A DNA stretch of 64,000 bases from the NCBI GenBank assembly GCA_965645245.1, contig OZ287083.1, forward strand, positions 1,612,001 through 1,676,000, given 5' to 3'. Made by a program: the position numbers and the translations under genes. A model generated the notes under the pieces. The model had not been told where the DNA came from. It saw only the letters and a list, made by a program, of their open reading frames with translations, and did no database searches. Below, in pieces: positions 1 to 11,138 of this stretch. Within the stretch, counting starts at the first letter, position 1; every line of letters begins with the position of its first letter. The DNA comes from Massalongia carnosa. Taxonomy: Eukaryota.

Positions 1-1438
1 CCCTTGACACAGTACGCCTCTCCAAGAAGGAGGTTCGTGCAACTGGCATCTAGGCTCGGGTTCCAGAACCGCAGGTCCGAGAACGTCACGCCGGTCTTGG
101 TACCGACTACGAAACACGTGTCCATGGAGACGACGGTGTAGTACTGGTAGCATTGGGCCGTGGTGCCTTGAGCGAATCGTTAGCATCATAGCGGAAACTG
201 TGTCAGTCGATCGATGCTCGGAAGCTGGATAACTAGGAGAGGTGGAGGCGCGCATGCTCACCTGGTGGGGTCGAGGTCGGTGGGGTTACGATGGTCTGCG
301 TCGCGGAAGACATTCCCTCGCCCGAGGTTTCTCCTCTCGATGTGGAGGTCGGAGCCGAGGACGATGTTGTCGCTGTCGCTGGCAGCGTCCCTCCCACGTT
401 ACCGCCTGTGGACGCGAGGTCGCCGACGCAGATGTTTTGGCCCAGGATCAGGTTGGTGCAGCCAGCATCTAAAATGCTGTTTTATCCTGTTAGTGATGCT
501 AGACGTTTTGACCAACCAAGACTTGTCGCTTACGGATTTAAGGCGCGGATCTGAGCGAAGGAGATTCCGTTGTCGGCGGCCAGTGACGTGCAGGTGTTGC
601 CGGACTGGACGACATGCGTCTTGCAGGTTTGGGGCAGGCAGAGTTTCTGGCCGATGAAGAGGCTTGCGCAGCTTTCCGGAAGACTGTTGGTGGCGATCAG
701 GGTGCCGGTTGAAACCTTCTGGGCTTCGGCGATCTTCTCGCAATTATCTCCGCTGATTACCGTGTAGAAGTTTCCAGAAGCACAGGTTGGATTTGAAGTC
801 GCGGTTGGGATGGTGCTAGCTGAGCTGGACGATTTGAGAGAAGACGCAACGGTACTGGATGGACCCAGTGACTTGGCGGAAGAAGCTGAAGTATTGGCGT
901 GACTTGTTGTTTTGCTTGAGGAGCTTAAGGTTTCGCTGGACGTGCCTGCAGGTTTGCTGGAAGAACCTGATTTTTTGCTGGATGAACTGGGCAAGCCATA
1001 AGCGTTCAAAATTTCGCTGGATGAAGTGGGCGTGCTATGAACGTCCACGGACTTGCTGGACGAGGCGGGCGGGTAATATCCCTTCAAAGGCTTGATGGAT
1101 GGACTGGGCGTTCCGGCTGTCAAAAATTGACGCTTGCTGGATGCATTGAAATGTTCGAGCACGTAACGATGAGGCCAGGTACCGGTTGGCTTGGCATGTC
1201 CATGATTATGTATGCACTCCGACGGAGGGAACCTGGAGTCCGTTGGATGAACGACATAGCCATGAGCCGCAGGTGTCGGGTGCGGCTTCGCAGTCCCAGA
1301 TGGATGAGAAGCGCCGCCAGTCTGGTGCGCGAGAGCTGGAGGGAAATAGTCGTTGTAATAATGAGGAAGCGCAGCTGAGTAGGACAACGCAAACACGGAA
1401 AAAGCAACATACAGGATGGCTAAAAGAGTGTTTGCCAT
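1..1438 (-). CDS. Secreted LysM-domain protein (at least 3 LysM repeats, S/T-rich linkers), 3' end runs off the window
   Basis: Signal peptide MANTLLAILYVAFSVFALSYSAA. LysM1 YTVISGDNCEKIA...LFIGQKLC; LysM2 HVVQSGNTCTSLA...LNP, then a GTAAGC intron donor at ~533. After a second intron (GTGAGC...CTAAC...AG, ~263-169) LysM3 reads YYTVVSMDTCFVVGTKTGVTFSDLRFWNPSLDASCTNLLLGEAYCVK. Confidence 0.9.
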
Positions 1439-2841
1439 GGTAAAGAACGACTGGGACTAAAAGCTGAAGAATGAGCGTGGATGAAGGTTGACGGATGGAG
1501 GCGTTGGATGAAGATGTTATATGGTTTCCAACTTGCTTGGTGCCAAAATACAATCAAAATGTCCGACACGCCATTCCCACCTCCCGTCACTAATTATAGG
1601 AGCGCCAGCATCAAAGTTGGCACGACGGGAAGACATGAATGCACGCAGGGTACGGAGTATATACTACTGAGTACTCCGCAGAACCCGTGAAGCCCTTCCT
1701 GGTTATTCCAAGCCATCCAGGCAGCAGCCAATTTTTTTCAATCAAAAACCAACGAGTTGAAACCCGAGCACATGCGTGACTTTCCTCTCTCGATTTGTGG
1801 ACGTGCGTTCGATTAAGCCCTGGGTGTAATATCGCGCACTGTACAGAGTACGGGATTCATCCCAGGCATTGCTCTTCTTCTGAATATTTCTCTGGCTGAA
1901 CCGACTTCGAACACCCAACGCGACGCTGGAACTTGGAAGTCCAATCCAAGCACGGAGGGACTGGTTGTGTCGTGCTCTACCGAGAATGGGGTTTCTGATG
2001 TAATTGAATGATTAGCACCTCAAATCACGGGAGGATTTCCTTACGTTTGCGAAATGCCCGGTGAGTGGAGAGTGATGCTTGGTGAGCCGCTGGAGAGCCC
2101 GTTTTGCTACTGTCGCGCGAGGATTGAGCCGTGCCGTCAGCCCCTGTCGAGTACGGAGTAGAATATTGTACAAACCGTACCGAGTACCGAGTACGCTGGA
2201 CGGTATTGTACATGTACAAGATCATCCAGGCTAACGCTAGCACGTGACTAGGCGTGTGCTAGGTCACGTTAACTTCGTTTTTGGTCTTCAATCTCTCTTC
2301 GCGCTGTTGTCCCGCGAAATCGTCTAGGGCTGCTCTAGTGTTGGCAGATTCAATTAGTACATCTTCCTCGGCCTATATCTGTCATCTAGTTCACTAAAGT
2401 ACCGGGTTTTTCTTCGCAACGTATCGATCAGGTAGTGTGTCGGAGGTAGCGTCGATTTAATACACATCGTGTTCGAGCTAAGTAAAGAGCATCTACGGAG
2501 CACGTAGTAACCCCGTCCTCTGTAACTTTGGTATGCGTAAAGCCATCTCAAATACGGAGTAGATTTACCTGTAATTCCTCTCATGAAGTGTGAGGAACCA
2601 GATCGACAGAGTACTGACTACATCATCGAATCTGTGCCAATCTTTGACCTGTCAATCGTGATAATTTATCATTCTTCTATGTCATGAATCGAAGCAACTT
2701 AGCCCTCGTGAAAGAGAACGATCGTGATAAATAGGATTGAATGTGACCGAAGGAAACTAAAGTATGGGCCTTCTTTAGGAAGTTGATCAGTGAAGTGTAA
2801 CCTTAGCGTTCGAGAGGGAGAACATAATTTATTCCCACTGA

Positions 2842-3507
2842 TTAGGAGGTTTGGTAGGTCTTCGTCGCCCCTTGCGCCCATTTCTCAATAACAAATCCAA
2901 CCCGCCCTGTAGTGGTAGTGATGTTGTAGGGCAATATGCTATATTCCACCCCCGCGCTGTCCAGCGATGCACAAAACAACGAGTGAAACCCAACCCAATC
3001 CTCCATGCTCGTTGGCATCAGTCTGACGCCGTCATCCAAAAGCCAGTCCGCTCCTGCTTCGCAAACGATCACCAACGAGTGCCGCATGCTCACCACCAAC
3101 GTCCGGAATGCTTGACATGTCATCAGCTCCGCCGCAGCATCATCTCCAACGTAGCGTTTTGCATATATGATAGGATCAAATCCGGATCGATCGGCGATGA
3201 ACCACGTCGTCCCAGCTGCGTCTTCTGCCAGCACTTGAGCCTCAAGTATCAGTCTTTGCATTTCCAAGGCTTTGACCGGAGACGACGTGATATGCTCCGC
3301 CGTCAGAGCATGCTTTTGTAAGACGCCCCGGGCAACCTCGATGATGATGTTTGGAGCGGACACTTGTTCTCCTCGCCATTTACAGCTTTCTGCTACGCTA
3401 AAATGCTGCTGTAATGCCTTCACAAGGGTCGTCTTTCCCGTGCATTGAGCTCCAACGACATAGATGTTCGGTGCATTTGACGATAGAGCGAGATTTTCGC
3501 TTTCCAT
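2842..3507 (-). CDS. P-loop NTPase / nucleotide-kinase-like protein (AAA_28, NadR/Ttd14-like), 221 aa, intronless
   Basis: Walker A near the N-terminus (IYVVGAQCTGKTT), then E-x-AR (IEVARGV), ADRS..DP and DDGVR motifs typical of AAA_28-type small kinases. Confidence 0.8.
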   Translation of the reverse strand: MESENLALSSNAPNIYVVGAQCTGKTTLVKALQQHFSVAESCKWRGEQVSAPNIIIEVARGVLQKHALTAEHITSSPVKALEMQRLILEAQVLAEDAAGTTWFIADRSGFDPIIYAKRYVGDDAAAELMTCQAFRTLVVSMRHSLVIVCEAGADWLLDDGVRLMPTSMEDWVGFHSLFCASLDSAGVEYSILPYNITTTTGRVGFVIEKWAQGATKTYQTS

Positions 3508-3688
3508 TTTCTAATATTTCGTCGGGAAATGGACTTCATCGATGTAGATAGCTGACCCCGTTGAATTGCGGGGTTCGAATATGCAAGAGTAAGTACTCTG
3601 TACACGCATTTGACGCAAGGCTGGAAGGCCAACGGCGTTTGTACTTTCGAGGAAGCAGAACTTGATTATTCGATGCCACTGCAAAAAC
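3508..3688. promoter_or_regulatory. Putative compact bidirectional promoter between the AAA_28 gene and the RdRP-helicase gene
   Basis: Only 181 bp separate the divergent ATGs at 3507 (-) and 3689 (+). No motif identified; inferred from geometry. Confidence 0.45.
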
Positions 3689-6600
3689 ATGGCCCATCCG
3701 GGAATTCATCAGTGGTGCCATAGGCTACAAGATTGGATTAGTCCTTCTGACCAAGTATGGGCTTTTACGGTTCCGGATTTACCAAAGCCTTCTTCAACCA
3801 ATCCTCGGCGTTTACTGAAATCAATCGTGTTAACCTCCAACGATTCGAAGCAGCACATCGGCATTCGCTTGATTAAGGCTTCGCCGAATAGAGCAATGGC
3901 TCATGAACCTCTGGACCGCTTCATCTCCATTTCGTTCGAGCATTTTCGCTTATACTATCCTACAAGGAATGACTCCGAAGGACCTAATTTACAACACCAT
4001 GCCCAGTTCCCGCAGCGTGCGCCGCCAAAAGAGTCGGCAGACTATATACTACGCTTCCTGCGATCTGGTGTCATACTGAACGACATTCAGTATAACTTCT
4101 ATGGTCATAGTAACAGCAATCTACAAACCAAGACCTGCATTTTGCTTGCTGGGTCCAAAGATGAGATATCAGCCAAGATTGAAGGGCTTGGAGATTTCTC
4201 TAAAATCAAGACAGTCGCGAAAAAGGCCAAAAGAATAGGACTTCTGTTCTCCACCGCGAACATGGCGGTGGAACTAGCAACCGAACGTTGCGAAGATATA
4301 CCGGATGTTGCCTCCAAAGACTATATCTTTACCGATGGCTGCGGGCTGATCTCGCCACACCTCGCTGGATTGCTAATCAAGCACTCCGATATAAAGTTTC
4401 GCAACAGAAGATATTCTCCCTCTGTTTTCCAGATTCGCTACAGGGGATACAAGGGGGTCTTGATGCTGGAGCCCACGCTCAAAGGCCAAATTTTGGTAAA
4501 GTTCCGCAACTCGATGAAAAAATTCGAAGTAGGAAACGATCGATCTTTTTCGGTAGTAAATTATTCCAAGGTATGTATGATTTTGCCGAGGATGCCTTGG
4601 TATGGTCATCCCTCCGTTCATGATTTTTTTGATCTAGTTATGGATTTTCCAGAGGAATTTCTTTTGCAGAAACGTCTCTTTTGCAAGAAAATTGTTTGCT
4701 GAATCGTCGAGTGTAGCCGTACAGCTTTGGGTACCTTAACGACGAAGTAATTCTGCTGCTGCACTCCTTAGGTATTCCTGAATTGGTTTTGCTTCGTAAA
4801 CAACAAGAGCACCTTGAGTTTTTATCGTCAGCTCTTACCAACCCCCAAAATGCTTTTCGCTTGTTGACCTATTACAACCATCTTGACCTTGCTGAAAGGG
4901 TTCTCACAGAGGGCATCGAGTCGACCAGCGCGTCTGTAGGCAGGGTAATCAAGCAAGAATACGAAAAGATGATCAACAAAAGAGATCAACAAAGATGTCG
5001 TATCATGATTCCGCGATCGAGGCTTCTCTTGGGGGTTTGTGACTCAAAGGACGTTCTTCGAGAAGGCGAATGCTTTGTCAAAGTGACTCTGGAGGCTGAT
5101 GGCCAGCCGAGACAGTTGAGCGGTATGGAAATTCTGGTCACCAGGAATCCTTGTTTGCATCCTGGTGATCTGCAAAAATTCAAAGCTGTGGCGCGACCTG
5201 AGTTGGCCCATCTGGTTGACTGTATAGTTTTTCCAACCAGAGGAAGGAGACCGAGCGCCGACTTAATGTCGGGAGGTGATCTTGATGGCGATACTTGTAC
5301 GTATTCTCGTTGGAGCCATGGGGTTGATTGGTCAAATACTAACTACCACAGTTTTGGTATGCTGGGACGCTGATCTAGTGCCATCAAGGCTCAGTGAACC
5401 CGCACATTATCAAGGCGCCAAGGAGCCTATCAGTTTTAAGCCAATATCCGATGACGATCGCCTCGTTTACTTTGCAAGGTACACAAATGCTTCCCTGGGT
5501 CGGGTGAAGAACTTATATCTTGATTGGGCAAGAGTTGCGGGTGCTATGAGCAGCCAGTGTCAAGAGTTGAATCACCTGTTCTCGAAATGTGTGGACGGTA
5601 ATCATATCAAAGTTCCCAAGCATCTCGAAAACTCTCCACAGCCACCTTCAGATGGACCAAGATTTATTCTTGATATTCTCCATGATGCTGCAACACGGGT
5701 GATTAAAAACCAGCAAAAGCAAACCCTGGACCTTAGTGGCTACTCATATAGTGCGATACAGCTACTTATGAGCAGAGATGATGTTGCCATGTCCGAGTTT
5801 GAGCTGTTGAAATTGACCCACCGATGGTGCGAAAGCAACAACACGTCGTTGGCAGCTTTTCTGGACCTTTTCGATTTCAACCAATTAAACGATGAGGAGA
5901 AAGCCTGGGTAGTGTTTCAACTACCTCAGTCGATCCAGATACCAAGTCTGATTATGAACGCTACGGTGCAATCGAATCTTGTAACCATGAGTGAGCTTAA
6001 ACCATTCAGGCTACATTACTCCGGAATTCACTGGAAGCGAATCTTCGACTCTACGGTGGACCGAATGGGCTGTTTCCTTTCTGCATTAAGCCAAGCGATC
6101 GAGCTCTATCATAGGAAATTGGTAGTGCTACGGATTGATGCGAGGTTGACTATAGCCATTTACATACCAAAACAGATTGAGAAAAGAACCGAGTGCCAGG
6201 TTGACAACACAGTCCGCCTTTTTGCATTTCCTCATACTCAGGGAGACGAGTCTTTTCAGCGGCGCGTAGTGCCTACGAAAATGAAGTACCGACTCTACTG
6301 TGACGATAACACTTTCCAACTTTATGAAGGAACGAGGGCGAACACTTGGGTATTCTTAGCACGACCTGGGTCCGATGATACCGCGTATCGGAATGAACCC
6401 AATCAAGGCAACCAAAGAAGAGCACGGCAATCTACTATTGATCAGGGTCAGAATCATGACTGTGTAGCTAGTATTGCAATGGATAAGTATAGTCGAGGTT
6501 TGCAGAGGCACGTTGGAAGGGTGAATCGTACTGGGGTTCTTGATGCTGTAAGTATTCTCTCTCACTTGAAGAGTCCCGCCAATGTGGATTAAAATCTAGG

Positions 6601-9129
6601 AAATCTATGTGATCAGCAACCGTGACATAAGATCGCTACGAGTTCTGGACCTATGGTTAGACTTCATCGACACGGAAGAGACAATTCCACTGTTTGAGAA
6701 AGCTGCTCGGGAATATTCATTGCCGACCTTATCCGCTGTCGACTGGGCTATGGTGCCTGACCATATTCGTATGATTGCTCGAGATGGCGATTTGTCTCCC
6801 TTCAAAACTTGGAGTACTACCGACCCATTTGTTCAGACGCTTGATTGGTTGCTAGAAAATAACGAGAGAGGGTTACTGCGACGTTGTTTCGAATTACAGC
6901 TAGAGCTCATTCTTTCGGAATCTATTCAGTCAAATGGTTCAGATTTGCTTCAAGCATTGTTGAATTTCTTAAGTCAAGCGCCACTCCTCAGCATATCTTT
7001 TGTCAAACTTGGAGATTGGCGCTGCTTGAAACCTGGCTTGCGTTCGATCATGATGAACCGAGCAAGGGACGTGCTTGAGGGGATTATTTTAGCAACCAAT
7101 ACAATGCAGAACTTGGTGATAGCACCATTTCAGAGAATACTTTCCTACTTGGCTCACATGTCGCTAGAAGATGTCGGGCGTCTTATTGAGAAAATGTGCC
7201 TTACTGTTCGCGATCCCGAGGTGGCTCTTGACCTACTCGGATCTCTGGAAACAGAAAGTAGCAGGCTTCTAGTTGGGAGACCGAAAAACGTTCAGCATTA
7301 CCTGCGAAATCTTATTGGCATTGCGCTGGACAGCATCGACGAGGCTTATCAGTCTCAAAAGCCCCGGGATGAACTTCTAAGTTTAAAAAAGGCCCAAGAA
7401 GAAGGGATCGTCTGGAGTACACCGCGGATCGATGTACCTACAACCGGTGCTTTCAGGCTTCATGATCACGTCAGACTTACAGCTGCTAGCCGTCCAAGCA
7501 ATGACTCCGCAACGCAACCGTACTCCATGGACGCTCTAGTGCAGAATTCAGAACAAGGCCGTGTTGAATTCCGTTGTCTACATCCTTTGCCAGTTTTCCT
7601 TGAAGAGTGTTCGTGGAGGGTAGTAAATTGCGGGTCTTTCGTGACAGGCCAGACCATGCTAGATGCACTCTATTTGTTTGCGTCCGAGGCAGAAGCACAA
7701 TGTGCACTACACGATCTACTGTTGGGGTTACCGGATACTCTACTTCAGTCGACGCTTTGTGCCCAGCCTTATTCCGCGCGCCCTGATTTGAATCGGAGCC
7801 AAAACCAAGCGATCCAAGTATCATTGACAAGGGCATTGACTTGTTGGTGGGGCCCTCCGGGAACCGGCAAAACTCATACCATCGTGGCTCTTCTACAGGA
7901 GCTCCTGCAAGACGTAGAAGAAAGACGAGTTCTAGTCACAGCCCCAACGCATAACGCTGTTGACAACGTCTTGCGAAAATATGTCCATGAGATGAGCAAA
8001 CGCCAGACCATTTCCACTGAACCGGTTCGTGTGACAACCGATGTGAGCTGACTTTGATTTGTAATGGATTCTCAAACACGATTGCTCTGACATTGAGTTA
8101 CAGGTTAGAAAAGTAGCCGAGGATTTAAGAAACTATACCTGTGATGCCATGGTTGGTCAGGAGGTAAACGAAAGCTTCGGTGCTCGTAGAAAGGCACAAA
8201 CGCGTGTGAAAAACTCGCGCCTTATATTTACCACCTGCATCGGTGCTGGGCTAGGACTTCTTCGAAAGGAAAAATTCGATACCGTAATTGTTGATGAAGC
8301 ATCGCAACAAACAGAACCTGCGTCGCTGGTGCCGCTGGTGAAAGGGTGCACCAAGGCTATTCTAGTAGGAGACCATCTACAGCTACGCGCCACGGTCCAG
8401 CAATATGCCGCTGTTCACGAATTTGATGTCTCGCTGTTTGAAAGACTCTATACCGAGACTGCCGAGGTCCAGAAAGTCATGCTCGACTCTCAATACCGCA
8501 TGCATAGCGAGATCTGTAGCTTTAGCTCCCGTGAATTTTACGAAAGCAATCTTCTGACTGCAATCGATGACGAAACGCGGCCTATACCAAGCTCAGGATT
8601 TCCTTGGCCCATCTCCCCAAGTCATCCGAACGAAAAAACTCGTATGATATTTGTCCAATGTTCCGCAACCGAGGACCTTGGCCGGAAATCTAAAAGCAAC
8701 AAAGGCCAAGCGGCTCTCTGCCAGGAAATCTGCAAGCAGCTGATGCATCGGAGCCCTTCCGACAAGGAACCGGGTGCGAAGACCCCAGGCTCAATACCTC
8801 CAATCGCTATCCTAACACCTTACACCGCGCAGGCCGAGCTTCTTACACGGATGATCCCAAGCACCGTTCCCATTTTCAGTATCGATGGATTCCAAGGCCG
8901 TGAAGCAGATATCATCATTTTTGTAACCGTGCGGTGCAATCTGGGTTACGAGATTGGGTTTCTGAAAGATCTTAGACGTTTAAACGTTGTGATGACGAGG
9001 GCTCGGGCCGGGTGCATTGTTATTGGAGATAGATCCACGCTGACGATGGGATCTGTGGAGGAAGAAAGCACAATGGTGTGGAGAAGGTTGTTGGAAAGTT
9101 TGACGCCGGTGGAGATAGCTCTCGCTTAG
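3689..9129 (+). CDS. Cellular RNA-dependent RNA polymerase fused to a UPF1/DNA2-NAM7-like SF1 helicase (~1708 aa, 5 exons)
   Basis: Exons 3689-4570, 4717-5296, 5352-6547, 6600-8042, 8104-9129 (donors GTATGT, GTACGT, GTAAGT, GTGAGC; all join in frame, 5127 nt). RdRP motifs: KRIGLLFST, FTDGCGLIS, FQIRYRGYKG, RNPCLHPGD, SGGDLDGD. Helicase motifs: WGPPGTGKT, TAPTHNAVD, VDEASQ, LVGDHLQL, QYRMH, TPY, DGFQGREAD, RRLNVVMTRAR. Confidence 0.9.
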
Positions 9130-9202
9130 AGCAATGAGGGTCTCCCGAGAAAGACCATGGCTTTCGTGCCCTTTTAACCTCTCACTTCCGTGCCTTGTCT
9201 TA

Positions 9203-10539
9203 CAGTCCCGTGCCAAAAGTCTGCGGCCCAACCCGTAATTTTCGTGATTTCGCGTTTTCAACTCATCAACCCCCCATCTTCCACCTCATCATTTCACCAT
9301 GCTTCGTGCTTCTTTGACCCCCATAAGTGGTAATCGGCCTCGTAACACTGAATTGACGCCATATCAACGTGGTATGACTGTTGGGGCCCAGGCGTTGGGG
9401 CACACACCGACCGAGATTGGGAAGACTCTTAATTTCACTAAATCGACCGTGCAGAGCACCATTCAGAAGCACTCAACTCGCAACGACGGCGTGTCTAAAT
9501 CACGTTCTGGACGGCCTGAAGTGCTGTCAGAACGCGATCGACGTTATATCATCAAGCATGCATGAATCAATCCACGAATCACTTATGCACAAATCAAACT
9601 AGAAGTGGGGCTCGGCTGCAGTCGTACGACTATTTATCGGGCACTCAAACTGTATGGTTTAACCAACTGGGTGGCTAAAAAACGACCTTTATTGACGCCT
9701 GAGGTGGCCAAGAAACGATTGGATTGGTGCTTGCTGCGGCGTGAGTGGACTTTTGAGCAGTGGTCAAGAGTTATATGGTCAGATGAGTGCTCGGTGGAAA
9801 AGGGGTCAGGAAAACAGCGTCAGTGGGTGTTCAGATTGCCGAAAGAAAAATGGAATAAAGAGATGATACAACCTGTCCCCAAAGGCAAAGGAGTCAGTGT
9901 CATGGTCTGGGCAGCTTTTTGGGGAGATGACAGGTCAGATCTTTACAAATTGGCTCGTGATTTTGCTGCGAAGAAGATGGGGTACTCGGCGAACTCATAT
10001 ATGGAATTATTGAACGATAATCTGCTTGGAATTTGGCAACCGGGCCTCATTTTCATGCAGGATAACGCACCTATACATAAGGCTAAAAAGGTGATGGAAT
10101 GGTTCAATGAGAACGGCATAGAGGTTATCGATTGGGCCCCCTATTCACCTGATTTAAATCCTATCGAGCACGTTTGGTATGTGCTCAAAAATCTCGTCTA
10201 TCAAGTCAACCCGAACATAGATTTGGTGAGCGGCAGTGATGAAACTGTTCGTGAGGTACTTTGGAAAGCGTTAGAAGAAGCCTGGACGTTGATAGATGTG
10301 AAAATGATGAGGAGGTTAATAGAGAGCATGAATAGGAGGATAAAAGCGTGTATAGCGTCGGAAGGATGGTATACTAATATTAAAAATCAATTTTTGGGGG
10401 AATTCGTGTTTAGTATGTATGTAATCATTGTGTAAAGTTTCAAGACATTTCAGCAATCGTGACGTGGTTGATTGTTGATTGAATAGAATGATTGAAATAT
10501 TAGTGGGGTGCGGGGCCGCAGACTTTTGGCCTAGTACTG
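9203..10539 (+). mobile_element. Tc1/mariner (impala-like, DD34E-type) DNA transposon
   Basis: TA at 9201-9202 and 10540-10541. Imperfect ~27-bp TIRs CAGTCCCGTGCCAAAAGTCTGCGGCCC / GGGCCGCAGACTTTTGGCCTAGTACTG. Transposase inside. Confidence 0.92.
9299..10384 (+). pseudogene. Tc1 transposase with a premature stop and a 3' frameshift
   Basis: HTH region (RSGRP), WSDE, QDNAPIH, YSPDLNPIE. In-frame TGA at 9563-9565 (probably from CGA); the expected GWYTKY* ending is shifted. Confidence 0.85.
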
Positions 10540-11138
10540 TACACTGTATCAAGGGTAACAGGTAAAAACCCCACGACTTCAAATCATCTCATCAACGCTT
10601 TTGATCTTTCAGTGTCATGACAAATACATGAAGCTCGCTCACTTGTGGTCCGGGGTTTGCATAAAAGGAGGAAACAACCCGCAAAGTGGATGGTCTGTAG
10701 ATAGCCCCTTAAGACCTCGTGACTTCTCTGCGACTCGTAGCTTTCTTATCTGGTCAGCATCCCCCCTTTCCCTCTATATGATTTGGTTTGTTTCGCTGCT
10801 TCATCGAGCTATCCTTCCCAACTCGACTTAGCGAACAATAGTATGACGAGCATTAAGTTCAATGATTTCTGATTTTTACGATGAGGCAGAATCGGGTTTC
10901 CGACTGGAATATATCGATCACTATGTGTAAGCTCCTCGTGATGACGTAAAGACAGGCACTTGTTTCGCAAAGTAATGGTTATGGGTATGCAATGCATGTT
11001 CCTGCGCTGATGCGCATCAATTGCAGCCAATCGTACGCGTTTAATCTCAAGGCTGCAACTTAGAATTTGTGAAATGCGTTCTTTATTATGCAGAGCTCTT
11101 GATTCTCTCATCCATCTTCATCAGTTTCTGCGGACAGC

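Noticed and set aside
1650..2560. Recurrent TACGGAGTA motif
   Set aside because: A common intergenic motif in filamentous ascomycetes, also seen at ~29100, ~57325 and ~59995; no locus-specific meaning supportable.
3689..5400. Endogenised viral RdRP
   Set aside because: It has the DLDGD motif of cellular RdRPs and spliceosomal introns, not viral palm GDD motifs.
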